NCBI GenBank assembly: GCA_038496445.1
Contig: JALMLS010000215.1
Location: 62,001-126,000, forward strand
Source: Trichosphaerium sp. ATCC 40318
Taxonomy: Eukaryota > Protista > Tubulinea
DNA: 64,000 nucleotides
Direction: 5' to 3'
Under the pieces are notes generated by a model. That model searched no databases. It was not told the origin of the DNA and saw only the letters and a program-made list of their open reading frames with translations. A program made the position numbers and the translations under genes. Below are positions 12,547 through 26,168 of the stretch, piece by piece (position 1 is the first letter of the stretch; each line of letters starts with the position of its first letter).

Positions 12547-12836
12547 GTTTGTTGTAATGTTTTGGTAATGGACTAAAAAAACTTCGGCCAAGACTAACTC
12601 ACACAATGTGAGTTAGCGGAGTTACTCTTACTATGCCGTTTTGTTACTTGCCCAGTTAATACGCTTTATAAGAGCTGTTACACTAGCGGTAGCACTCGTT
12701 TAAACTGTAATATGGTTATATGAAGTGTTTCAATAATGGAGACTAACGGCACAAACCAATTTGCAGTAGTAAAGACACAGACCAATGCTCGTTGGTATTC
12801 GCCGCTTATTTACCATAGATTTATTACAACGATAAA

Positions 12837-14920
12837 CTATGGGGCTTTTGGTTCAATTTCGCGTTCCACGTGCTTACAACCAATGTCGAAGGTCAGAATG
12901 ATCAATCCTTGTTATTTTTTTTTTGAACCATCACAGATGTAGCTACAAATAACATCTCTTGGTTTAAATTGTGCGCCGAAGGTTGTTCTTGTAGGAGATT
13001 GGGAATAATGTCTCTAATTTTCGCTACAAGGAACAGTCACACTAGGGCAAATATGGCGGTTATGTAAAGGCTCTACTAGAACGGTTAGATTAACAAAAGA
13101 AAGCTACCTTTTTAGCACATGTGAATCAGCGGTATCTTTATTTTTCCGAAGTGGCAACACAGATCTCCCTCGACTAATAGTTCATCTTGGTGGTTGGTTG
13201 AGATTTCAACTTATTTGACATTATATTGTGGTTGTAGGTTGCAGTTTAGATTTTTTTTTTAGCCCAGGATGTCTTGAGAAAGAACATTGTAATATTTTCG
13301 GGTTGGAGCTTTTTTTTTACGACTAGACACAAATCGCAAAAGTCCTTTTTCTGATTTTTTTTTGTATTCTTTTGTCCTTGCAAGGAACACGTGCAGTTTT
13401 TGAATTAGAAGTGAGTGTAAAAAGTCTTCAAAAAAAAATAAACAGACAAGTTTTTATTACGACTTGCTTGGGTGACATACAGTTGTTGTATGCGTTGAGT
13501 AACAGCGTCAGAAGTGGTTTTTAGGCGGAAAAATAAATAGAAGCAAAAAAAGTTTTGTTAAAAGATTGTGCCACACACCGCTTTGGGCGTACCGTGCTAT
13601 TTCTTCGGGTTTTTTGAGAGTAAGCGAGTTGTAGCGCCACTAACGAATACGTCAAACGTTTCTGACAAAATACACAAACCTACATAGAAGCCATAATGGG
13701 TGATAGCCTCTTTTTGGCTTTAGTTTATTTGGAATAAAAACTGCTCAAAAAAAAAAAAAGAGTTTTGCCGAAGTATAGTAGTTATTATAATAATAAAAGA
13801 ACTATCACGGTTACCATAACGCCTTTTTTAATACAGAGAAAAGAAAACGAATTGTTGATAAAGAAAGTGAACTCTTTTTTTTTCGCTGGTAAACTGGGAA
13901 CGTCGAAAGCTTTCAAACAAAAATCACGTGATCTTTTTTTGTTCGTTTTTTGACAAAAAGCTTTTTTTGTTTTGTTTTGTTTTTTTTTTCGGTCCTGTCT
14001 TCTCGGACTATCCTAATTCTTTGGAAATACAATACCCCATACGTACCTGTTATCCTCAACACTTCAAAGTCTGAAACAATGTAATTTCATCGGAGGAATT
14101 CCATAAAGAAGAAAATGTCACAAACGGATCTTTTTTCTGTCCATGACATGGGAAAGAAAAAACCCTAACGACGAACAAACCTCTTGTCGTATTCTGTAGT
14201 AGTAGTAAACTTAAAGAAACAATCGTGATATGGTGCGATACGTACTAAGCAAAGAATGTGAAAGAGGAATGAGTTGTGAGCTCTCAATTCCGATGGTCCT
14301 ATTGTCTTCCTCATTGCGCGGACAACATTTCAAGTGCTCCGGGGTAACTATGTTAGTCAGTTCCAAAATGAAGTGGTTGAAGTATTCGCAGTATTTTTAG
14401 AAGTAGCTAGTTCGTACAGGGAAGCCAAAAGTGGTCATTCCCGCGGAACTGCTTTTTTGTAGTATTTTTCTTCAAACATCAATTGTTTCGGCTCACATCC
14501 CGACGAAGACCTATTATTGAGTTCGTTAGTACACAATAGATATGTAAGCGTTGTTTGTAGTTTTAATGGGTACCCATTGTATAAAATACAGCACCACAAA
14601 GAAACCTGTAAGGGAAAAAAAAAATCTGTACATTCGTCATATTTTTCGATGGTAACGAGTTTGTATCCCATTACCACTCCCTGATACGCCATACGCTTTT
14701 AAAAATATCCACCCAGTTTATCTCTTGTATAGAAAAATACAAATATTATACTACCTATCATGAATAACGGCGTCAGAGCATGTTGTAATATTAAAAAAAA
14801 ATACAATCTCAAAATTAGTAAAAGACAAGACGTACCTGCACCTGACCACGTGTACTTTACTGTTTCTGCGTATACATTGATATGTTTATTCATACGGTAT
14901 GTAGAAGCAACTGGAGAAGC
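12837..14920 (-). CDS. Possible hypothetical gene with many micro-exons
   Basis: Joinable exons ...VKYTWSGA|EINWVDIFKSVWRIRE|WFLCGAVFYTM|GLRRD|QFRGNDHFWLP|FTPEHLKCCPRNEED...; start and middle not resolved. Confidence 0.3.
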
Positions 14921-15184
14921 TAAATAGATTTTACTACAAAGTCCTGTAAAGCGTAACTCGAAGCAATAATAGATGCTTTCTATGTGCTGTTGTCCTTATA
15001 GCTGCTTCTTCATTACCTCTTCAAAATCGCGGAACAGTTTCCAAAAGATTAAATGGTATTATTATTCAACATACAAGTGTATGTCTACGACAATAATATT
15101 CGTATTGAGGAAAATTTTGAGTCAGAAAATTTTAGTCTAAAATTGCCTTAGTTTTCGAAAATTTTTCATTTCGAAACGGCAGAC

Positions 15185-17150
15185 ATGGAAAGAAAACACC
15201 TTGTAAAACGAAAGGTAAAATACAATTTATCATCAACCTCAGCCATTAAAAAACAGTTTTGCGCTGATGACGCGCAAGTGTACCTCAATTACAAAACGTT
15301 TTACTTCGCGCGCTTTTTTTTATTGTTTAGACTCTGTTTTGGTGGGTTTTGTTAGTATCTAGTGTCCAATGTTCATTAACCAACTTATTCTCTTAGAATG
15401 ATCTTCAAAAGCGCTGTACGAGATCGTGTAAGCGTAAAAAAGCACCGTGTAAACAGGAACGGCCAACAAAAAAGCGAAAACTGAAGCAACAAAAACCGCT
15501 GTGGAAGGTACTCGACGCCGTTTTGTTTTATATGCCGTATATTGACAGTGTTTTTAGGTGTTTCCTTACCTGCTCAATAAAAAAACTTTGGGGTACTATC
15601 CATTCAAACGTCTAGGGTAAGTGATACATTACAAAACCCATGCAATACCATTTTATGGATTTTGAATTCAAAAAGCCCTCCAATCGAATCGAATCGCTCA
15701 TTTTTGATTTTTCTAGATACGTCACTTGTTTTTGGTCCGCGCTCACATACAAGTTTATACCCCACATGTCAATGCTATCGTACGGATACTTTGATCCTTA
15801 TTTGAGATACTTTTGAAGTGACATTTCGCTGTAGAAAGATAACCAAACGGGACGCAAGAAGAAAAGCTTTTAAGAGTATTTTGAGTAAAGAGGAGTATGA
15901 GAAAGTATATGATGGTGGTTATACAGGGTTTCTCACGTGCTTAAAGTAAGAAAACTTTTTTTTTTTCCGATTTTTATGTTTGTCATGACAGGCAGTTTAC
16001 GCTTATATATCTTTAGTTATATGCTCTTTGAGGTTCAAATAGGAGATGAGGTAATCATACAAAACCGAGGAAGCAACTTGGAGTTCACTGTGGGAGAGAT
16101 AATAAGTGGACCTGAGTGGGCAACTGAAGTTGATCTTGGTTAGTAAAATTTTATTAGCCACGTTGTTCACCACATGACACTTTACAGGTATGGCCCAAAG
16201 AGGTCGTAATAGTTGTAGCAAAAACATAGCACTTATTCGTAGAGTAAAATGGACTCATGTAAGTAGAGAAGGGAAACCCTATGGTGGGTTATACGCTGAG
16301 GTATTTTTTTTTGAAAAACCAAGTAAATACAACTCTTCGTTTTTTGCTCATTCTTGGCAGGCCGAAGCACACTTTCCGGATGTACCTCCATATGCCAAAC
16401 TTATGAATAAAGGGACTACAATATTCAAGTACACATCAACACCTAATACCCAGCATTACCGATTTCTATTCAAATCTCCTAAACTTGTGCGAAAGTTTGA
16501 AGAAAATGTATGTCACAAAACTTTGAACCAGTTCAAGAAAATCTGATAATACTACAGGACAGACTTATCCCAAAGGATTGTCCAGGCTTCAAGGAGTGTT
16601 TCCACAATAAGTTCGATGATGTAGACGCGAAATCAGCCTTCCAGGTACGCCATACTTTAAAATAAAACCGCAAACCCATTTTTTAAATTTCTGTAGATAA
16701 TGAGCTTGCTAGAAGAGGATGAGGATAATCAACAAATCGATGACTCAAAACAAGCAAATTTAGACAGTAGATCAGAAAAAAGCTCTAGTTTGAATGTTAC
16801 TTCTGAATACGAATCGTATGATGAGAATGGTAATATAGCACTCCAAGTACGTATACACGAAAGTCGAGAAAGCCATTTTAAAAAAGTTGGTTCCTTTTTT
16901 TTTTTTTGAAATGACATCGAAATAGCAAGAAACGAGCACTCAGATTGAGCGAATGATGAAGGAAAGAGCGGGTAATCTTATAATTTTTTTTATGTTTCAC
17001 TAATGGTGAGTTCTAGAAAAGATGATTTCTAGGGCTCTGCGCGATCGTACAAACACTATGAAACCGTGTAAACACAGTACCCGAAGTTTTAAAGAGAAGA
17101 AATTATCAAAGAAATCAATGCATTGTGCTGTTGCTAAACAAAAGTACTAA
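15185..17150 (+). CDS. 12-exon basic nuclear protein with a PUA/EVE-like domain resembling the N-terminal domain of bacterial Mrr/McrB-type restriction proteins
   Basis: All exons join with GT-AG introns and no stops. NLS-like KRKKAPCKQERPTKKRKLK; core LWKVFP...FKRLGYVTCFWSAL...LSKITKRDARRKAF...LNYMLFEVQIGDEVIIQ...FTVGEIISGPEW...IRRVKW...GTTIFKY; acidic then basic C-terminal tail. Confidence 0.75.
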
Positions 17151-18310
17151 ACGCTCTACCCTCCCTATACACGTTACTTATAATATAAATAGACTGCTTA
17201 TGAGTCTAAAAGGATACAAAGTAAGGGAGTTACGCAGTTAAAACGAAAACCATGAAGTAGTGCTTAAACTCGCTCATAACCTATCAAAGCATTGGATTTG
17301 AATAAACATAGCGTAAATACGCGTTATTAAACTCGAATTACGCTTAAAAACATGTATTTTAAACAAAAGACTATCAAGTCCTAATACTACCTGTATTAGC
17401 GTCTTTCAACCATACATGACCTTCCCAGATTTGGAAAATCAGGTATAAACTGCATAGAGACTCAAAAGATAAAAAAAAACGGTAAAAGGGCAAAAACGAG
17501 TACGATACCATGAGTCACGTTATTACCGTCCGTAAAAGGCTATTGAAAAAAACGGCCATCAGGAATAGGAAAACGGATAAATTGATAGCACTGCTATTTT
17601 AAGATTTTTAAATAGATTACTACTACACTTGTACTGCTGTGCAACTTGGGAAGAAAAAACCAAACAGCAACGGGAGAAAAAGAGGTTAAATACTCTGATT
17701 AGTAAGTATAAAAACAAAAAAATTACGAAGTTGTTTCAAAGAGTTGTCTTACTTTTTTTATTTTTTTTACAAGTTTGCCCGCCGCCATTATTATTTAATT
17801 TACATTGCAGAATAGCTTGTTTTTTTGGTACTTTGTTATGGGTAGTAAAAAAGCACGTGATACGCGTTTTGGGCTAAGTCTTGCGTTTTTTGTGATTCTT
17901 AATGTTTTTGGTGCACATAGAATAAAATAAACGGCTTGTCGCCAAAGAGCCATTTTAAACTAATATCGTAAAGTACGATACTGTTTATGACCAAAGAAGG
18001 GTGATTATGTCGATGATTGCTTCAAAACAGCCAAATTCTTTAAAGAGCTCTCAAACTGAACTGTACCCTGGATTATTACTTCGTAAGGTAACGTTTTGTT
18101 CTCATTTGCGAGCGAAAGAAATAGGTGTTGTGTTTTACAACATCGTTTTTATGTCGCGTACAACCCAATAGCGCGTGTGTAATTGCCAAAAACCGCAAAA
18201 ACGATGAAATACAAATTCAGAAACTACGACACTTACTCGCTTCGTGTTTGTATCGTTCTAAAACTGGCTCTTGAGCCACATTACTGTTTTTCTAGGCAAT
18301 AATATAACTA

Positions 18311-21300
18311 ATGGCGTTTACTGTAGATCCACCTACTCACACCTTGGATATGCGTGCCGTTCATGGCGTTTATGGCTAAAACATTCAACTTATTTTTAAT
18401 CGCCGTGACGCTACAAGTATGCATTCACCTCGCTTCACTGGCATTTTGGAGACACAGAGCAACGCTATTACATATTTTAGTACAAGCATTGTTTCTTCCT
18501 TTTTACCATGCCTTCACACGTACGCGTAATTTCAAAAAAACATAACAAACTAGCTCTCTCTCTACAAAACTGACTACCGCAACACATTTTTTTTTGAATA
18601 TTTCAAAAACTTCATTTCAGTTTTTTTTTTGAATTCTGAGCCATAACTTCGGCTCTTTGACATGTTTTTGGCATTTGGTTGTATAAAACGTATATAACAT
18701 ATGCTGTATCTTATACAGAAACATGCCATAAAGCGATTCAAAGGCGTAAAAATTATTAAAAAGCCAGAGAAAAAATTTTTACACAGAAACAAAACTCTGA
18801 AGTCTTACGCGTAACACAAACTCCTATGGTTATCTCCGCTGGTTTATTTGCAATAAAAAAAATAACTAAAGAGAAATACATTATTGGGACTACTTATAAT
18901 CAGTCACGTGATGTATAATCGTTGATGTTTAAAATTTTTTTGTTTTGTCATGTGTTTTTATTTTTATTTTTATTTATTTCGATTACGGCAGCGTTGTTGT
19001 TTAGTAGTCCTTTGTGACGTTTTTGTAGTTTTTCAGTTGGAGAAAAAAAAAACCCCAAAATAAAAATCCCAACGCTTTGGATTCACATTTTTTTTGTTTG
19101 GTTTCTAACTAGCAAATTCATTTGTTTCTTTTGGGATAGTGTATATCATATTAGAATTTAATTATTTCGCTGTTTATTGAAACCTAAAATTATCTGCACA
19201 CACTTTTTTGCGCACGCTAGTCTTTTTTAGATTTTTTTTTAATACAAAGTCTCGAATACTAATGTTTTTTGTCGTTTAGCTAATGTTGATCTATGGCCTT
19301 TGCTTTTGATTTCTTCCTTCTTTTTATGCTTGATAAATCAAAGCAATGTTGTAAGTGCTTCTGGTATTGCTGTTATCCTTGTTACAGATGTCATAAGTGC
19401 TTACATTTTTGGCGGAAATGTTGTGGACATTTTAGCCCGAGATGCTTTAGTTGTAATGTTTGGTACGTAATACTATGGCGTTTAAAATACGCTTACTTTA
19501 TGATAAATAACTGTTAGCTTTTCATTAATCTTTTTAAAACAAGCACCTTCAAAAAATCTCAAAATCAATGGTTGCTATCACGTGCTTTTTCATTTTCAAA
19601 AATAAGATAATTGTCCAACTTTTTTTTTTTGAGTTTTTTTTTTAACTTCTTTACTCTGTAAGTTAACAATGAATAACTAGGTTGTATTCTTATGCAAGTT
19701 ATTAAACACTACAAGGATGCTTTACTTTCTTATCAACATCGTTGGTCTGCTTTGGCGAATACTACGGATAGCATGATTATAATATTAAATAATAGTTCAA
19801 AAATAGTTTATGCAAACACGTACGTCAATAATACTTTGAGGGCTTTCTTTTTTTGAACATTAGCAACAAATAATTACGTTGGTTCTTTCGAATTGAAGTA
19901 AAACTACAGACAGTTAAATGACTCGCCCGAAACTTTCCGTCATAGTTTTTTGATCTTTTTTGGCTCTTGTGCTACAGAGTCTTTGGTTTTTTTTATAGCT
20001 CGTTTCTTTGTAAATAACCTGACACGCATTATAGGCAAGTAAGATCAATACTGGGACATCAGGAATGCGAGTTAATTGGAGAAAAAATCACTAAAATTAT
20101 GGATGCATCGGCGATACCCTTTATTCTTCAAGAAATGGGTAATACATCTCTTTGTGGTGCTTCTGAACCTTTTCAAACGTTTTTACACTCAAGAAAAGGT
20201 CATGTACCAATTCAGGCACGTCTTAATTAAAAAAACGACTATGACGACATCAACTTTCTCCTTTTTTGATTTAAAAGCGACAATGACAAAACCACTATTG
20301 TTTAATCCGTTTTCACGCATTTAAAGAGCGGATATTAATTTTTTTGTTTGTTTAGCTATCTATTGTCAGGATAACAGAAGAGGACCTTAAAGGCACACAG
20401 CAGTATATGTGCGTGTGTAAAGATATGTCCGCATCTGCAGAGATGCAGGCGTTAAGGTTCGGAGGATTTTTTTCTATTTTTTCTTCCCGGCTTATAAAAT
20501 CTTAGAGCTGCATCTGCTGAGGCAGCTGAAGCCGCTGAGGTGAAATCTTCATTTTTGGCGACGATGGGACATGAAATAAGAACACCTCTTTCAGGCACGT
20601 AGTAAACTCATATCTACGCGGTATTTTATTGTTTTTCCGTTCTAACTTTTCGCTTCTTTAGCTATTACTGGAATGACAGAATGGTTACTGGAGACGCCTT
20701 TGAATGAAGAACAACTCGATAATTGTCAGAATATTCTCAAATCTAGCAATCTTCTCATGCGCATCTTGACTGATATTTTGGACTACTCTAAGCTCAATGC
20801 CGACAGTCTTGAGCTTGAAAATGCCGAGTTTCATCTTCATCAAAGTATAAACGTTGTTTGCGATTCTATAGCCCAAGAAGCGTACAAGAAGGTATTACTA
20901 CCGTTTGTGCTCTACGCAGTTTTTTTCGCTCTACAAATTTTTTAGTGTTGCATCTCATCGTGTATTAGGGACTTGAGCTCATTGTAGACTTTGATTGGGA
21001 GTTACCTTATCGAGTTGTGGGTGATGAAGTGCGATTACAGCAGTGTTTGTATAATCTCCTCACAAACGCCATAAAATTCACGGAGAAGGGTCATATCCTC
21101 CTGAAAGTACGTTTTTTATTGTTTTGTAGAGCCACTCTTTTGTAATCCTTTTACTTCAGGCGCGTAGGCAAACGAATAATTCAATAGTACCGGATACACA
21201 ACAAATAGTTATTTCTGTTGCAGACACTGGAAGTGTGCGTTGTTTGATTTGTTTTTTTTTAATCCGCTCGAAACTTGTTAGTTTCGTCTCATATTCTCAA

Positions 21301-23849
21301 TGTAGCTCTCGCCTAGTTGCTTACCGGCTTTCTTAGGGTATATCTGAGAATGACTTACATAAATTATTCGTACCTTTTTCACAGCTTGGTAGTGGCACTA
21401 AGTACCCTTATAATAGAAACTATAGAGGTGCAGGCTTAGGTGCGTAATTAAAAAAAGAGAGTCCATAATTTTCTTTTTCTCTTGGTCTTGTTTTTGTTGC
21501 TAACGCTATCTTCCAGGATTGTCTATATGTAAGAAACTTATGAATCTCATGAACGGTAAAGTTACAGCAAAATCTGTTCTTGGAGAGGGATCTACGTTTA
21601 CGTTAAGATTACCTATGCAGGTAAGATTTCTAATTCTCACTTTTTTATTACTTTTTTTTGTTTTTTTTGCTGTCTACTTACTCTGTTTCTCCATCTCTCT
21701 TTTTTTTCCATTTTATAGTAAATGGGTTCTTAACCATACTGAATATTGCTTTTTAGACAGCGTTTTATGAATCTCCTGTTTTTAAACGGCGTGCAATTAG
21801 TAGACCTGTTAATACTATTCTTAATGGTATTGTTCTTGTATCTGTTGCTTGTCCTATGCTTGAGACTCATTTACGAAAACTTCTATTCCGATGCAATATT
21901 AAAACAGACACTGCAGAGAATAGTGACATTTTTGAGCAGAAGTATATTAACAACAAGAAGTCTTATTCTATGACTTTTATTGATCGAGATGTTTTGGAGG
22001 ATTTACCGGCTTCAACGTGTTCTAAAATCATAGGAAAGGAAGATATAGTAGTATTATATTCCCCTCAAGATAAGAGAATGATATCTAACCTAGAGGAACA
22101 AGGTGAGTCATCGTTTTTAAACAAACTTTTCGTTTGATCAAAAAAATCCGAAATTTTTTCGACGCGTGTCATTTTTTTTTTGGTGTTGTGTCTGTTCTGA
22201 GACACCAAAGAAAACTTGTGCGTTAAACCTAATATTTACTACACGCAGTCCAATTTTTATTTTCGGTTTAAAGTAGAAATGTGTCCTGTTTTGGCTATCT
22301 TTTTTGACATTTTGTTTTTTTTTTGTAGGTTTCACTAGACATGTATTAAAGCCTTTAAAACTAAAGGATATTTTGAAACAGTTCGAGAATATTGGTGTTA
22401 CGTTGAAGCCAGGAAAAATGAGCGAAGATTTACACAATGCTTATAATCATATTGTTGGCACACCTTCGCAGAAGAAGGTATCCTAGAAGAATTCTCCTTG
22501 TTTGTTTTTTTTTTTTTTTGAAAAAAAGTTCGTTTGACGTCAAACGTCTAACGCTTTCTTCTTTTTGTAGAGAGCACAACTTAGTCGTCAGTTAATAACA
22601 CCACCAAGTCCAAGACGAAATATAGCTACAAATGTCTTGAAAGGTAAGTGAGAGAGAAAGAAAGCACAAACAAAGCACAAACTCGATCTTTTTTTTTTGT
22701 TTTGTTTTTGGAATCGTCAACAAGAAAACTCCTTTTTTTCGTAACACGCGGAAGGCAATACCGTTTTTTTTTTTTTTAACTAAATTGGCATTAGGCAATG
22801 TGAGTATTTTAGTTGCTGAAGACGATGAGCTACATAAGAAAATTGTTGCGAGACTTTTATCTCGTATTGATAATGTTCGCTTTGATATTAGCGAAAATGG
22901 CAAAGAGGCGCTTAGTAAACTATATCATGACGGTTAGTGGACATTTATTCCATAAAAAATTTTTGAATGAAAAAAAGGTCAAAAAAAAAAAACTCGGTCG
23001 TTCCGTGACCTTGTGATTGAATTTTTTTTTGATTTCCTTTTTCGTCGTTTGCGCCTTCCTCTCCATGTTTTACGCGTTTGTTCTTATTTTTTTATTCAAG
23101 GTGACAAGTATGATTTATGTTTATTTGATTGTATGATGCCTGTAATGGATGGCTATGAGGTATGTACTCTAAATCTTTCGCTCATGTTATGTTATCAACG
23201 GTTTTTTTTTTTGGAAAATTCTTTCTTCGTTTCACAGGTATACTACCTGGTAGTATTGTGGATGTTCTGCGTAATAATATTTTACCTTGAACTAGCGTTA
23301 TACTTATACACTATCGCTTACTATTGTCGAAGTTATAGTTCCTTACTGATACCAAGTCTAAAAACTAACATGTCTTTTTTTAGGCGACACAACAGATTAG
23401 AAAGCTTGAGAGTACCATGCAGATGCCCTACCGTGGACGAAAGCCAATTATTGCTGTTACAGCTAACGTAATGCCTACTGACAAGAACCTTTGCTATGAA
23501 GCTGGTATGGATGGTACGTGTCAAACTGTCAACAAATATTTTGTTCGGAATCGCCAGTTTTTCATTTTGTGATTTTTTGTGCCTCTTTTTTTATTTAAAT
23601 GTCTTCTCTTATTTTCTGAACTCTATATGAAACATAGCTACTATGTTAGTAGAGGATAAGTATATTTTCAAATCACGTGGTCAAATAGAGACACTTTTTT
23701 TTTTCTTTTTTTTCTCGGTTCATGTGTGGCGTATGGTAAACTTACTTTTATTTATAGCTTATATAAAAAAGCCTCTTCAAAGGCAAGATGTTATTAATGC
23801 TATTAAAACATACATTAAAAAAAAACACACTGTAAAATTTGTAAAATAA
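18311..23849 (+). CDS. Membrane-bound hybrid histidine kinase (TM-PAS-HisKA-HATPase-pseudoREC-REC)
   Basis: H-box [16 protein letters not shown]; N-box [17 protein letters not shown]; G1 VADTGSGI; F/G2 LFVPFSQ...[12 protein letters not shown]; [30 protein letters not shown]; REC ILVAEDD...[16 protein letters not shown]...IIAVTAN...AGMDAYIKKP. Start codon inferred. Confidence 0.92.
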
Positions 23850-24225
23850 AACAACCAGATAGAGATTAACAAAAAAAACCAACCGAACTAAAAACCTTGA
23901 TGTATTACCTTTACAAGATAGTAGCTATAACCTCCAGCCAAAGAAAAACACACACACAACGACACAATACTTTCTACAAAAAGTTCCATAAACAACAAAA
24001 GGAAATATCAAAAAAAAAAAAATGATACGGAATGGCAATGTTTCTCTAGTTGATAAAGGGCCTCTGTTTTGTACTGGACCTCGGAGTTAGTTGAAGGGAA
24101 AATGAACTATTAGCTTATTTGTTAATTAAACATGTCTATTGTGTACAAAAAATACAGGGGCGCGGAGGACAAATCTTGTGATTTGTTGTTCTTTTTTTTC
24201 CAGCTTTGGTTGTCTCTTGACAAAT

Positions 24226-24656
24226 CTATTGTTCTTGTAACATTGGTGGTTCGAATACCCACACTGTAAATTCACCCTCTGTTCTGTTATAGTACTTGCT
24301 GTAGTTACATGACTTTGTGTGGAAGTTAAGCTGATATCTTCTCAATCCTTGTTGTCTCTTTACAAGTTTCAGAGTGTTAGCATCCCAGTAGTTGTTTTCA
24401 TATTCATTCTTACGAGTACTGAACCTCATCTCTAACGTACAAGTGTCAAAAAAAAGTCGGGTAAATAGGTTCAACCTATTGTTTTTTTTTTTTTTTGTAA
24501 ATTCCGTTTGTCACGTGACGTACGACAGTTTTTAGACGAGTTCAAAAAAACTCGAGGATGTGTTTTCGTTAGTCTCTTTTTTTGTTTTGAAACACCAGAG
24601 AGATGTGGTGTGATAAGTTCTGATATATTAATACGTCCTTTTGGTGTGTAAGTCAT
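24226..24656 (-). CDS. Small basic orphan protein B (2 exons), paralogue of 12042-12546
   Basis: MTYTPKGRINISELIT...HPRVFLNSSKNC, phase-1 intron gtacgt...ttag, then QMRFSTRK...RYQLNFHTKSCNYSKYYNRTEGEFTVWVFEPPMLQEQ*. Confidence 0.7.
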
Positions 24657-25218
24657 TGTTGCTGTTGTGGTTGTATATAAAAAATGATATGTACACGTGT
24701 GGGTCAAGATTTTGACTGAAAAAAACCGTTGGGTTCCAAATAGGATATTTCTATCCGTTTTATAACTTTTCTACATTTTAGTGTTTTGTATCTTTATATC
24801 TATCACGTGATGTTAAATATATAGATTACATACGAAATAATGTATATCTTGAAACAGAAACGATATACTTTGCAGTAACAACGAAAAAAACTTCCAAAAG
24901 TGCTTACAACGTACAGAATAGATTATTCTTTCGGACTTGGAAAAAAAAATGGGAGGTAAAAATAATCACATGACTGTGTACCAACGGCGCAAAATATTAC
25001 CACGAGTTACCACGGTATTTTTAAGAAATATAATACAGATATAATAATATTACGAGATGTGTATGAACAATTCCTACCAACCAACGTCATTTTTTTTTTT
25101 TGAAAAAACCGAAAAGTTTGTGGTCACCAAAAACACTAATACTTCATTGAACACCTTCAACTGAATACCCACGCTCTGTATTTCCTCCAAAGAGTACGGT
25201 TAACACATAGCCAATATA

Positions 25219-26140
25219 TTAGCTATAAAACTCTTGAGGAGACACACAGAGAGTAACGGCGACCTCTAGTGTATCAACAATAATAAAACCAGGATAAACC
25301 TGATTATCCCGGATTAGTCTCTCATTCCATTGACAATAACAATGTACACCAAACACAATGAACACTTTTAGTACAGTGCAGGACAAACCCCCGAAAAGAC
25401 TTGAAATTGATACAGACATGTTTACAATAACAGGAATTAATACGGAACCCAATTTCCGATCCGTTTGAGTTTGCTTACAGTTTTTTTTGTTCAATTTCGT
25501 TCTATATTTACAACTACTTTACAATTACGTTTTTTTCGAATGCATTCATCGCACAGGGTTCTTCACGCGTCGTTTTATCGATTCAAGAGGTTTTAAGCTT
25601 TTGATCAAGCCAATACAGATTGTGGGCCTGTATAAAGAAGGTGGCGCTTCAAACGGCATCTCTCGTCACAGTCATGGTTTACAGTAAGCGCTGGTACCAT
25701 GTAGAGTTGCTTTCGAAAGTTCAAACGCGGAGAAAAGCTCTCAGCAACCATAATGTTGTATCTCTCGTTTAAACGCTTTCTTTCCTTTATTTCATCGTCC
25801 TCAGTACTTGCTAGCTCTACTTTGAGATAGTGGAAGAGCATTTCGTTCCTGTGTTTTAAAACAATGTTTGGAGCTATAAAGAACGTTAGTTTTGAGTTGT
25901 TTTAAGGCGTATAAGAGTGTTTTTACCATAATAAGAAGCCAAACCATGCATAATACAGTAGCAGTCCGTTAAACCAAGTTTACACGCTCTTAATGCCTTC
26001 ACAGTACATTGGTTATTCTTTAAATGGCCTAGAGTTGTCCACTGGTGTCTTTCTTCAATAGCATCCGCGATATCTGTTGCAATGTACTTGGAGAACTTTA
26101 CAAACTTTTCTAACCATGCTCCAATGTTTTGATTATCCAT
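25219..26140 (-). CDS. Hypothetical protein with a SAM-like N-terminal domain (3' end unresolved, may be degenerate)
   Basis: MDNQNIGAWLEKF...IADAIEERHQWTTLGHL...KALRACKLGLTDCYCIMHGL follows the SAM helical pattern; second exon ~25850-25690. Confidence 0.4.
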
Positions 26141-26168
26141 TTGGTGCGTTTAACGAGTATATTTTACA

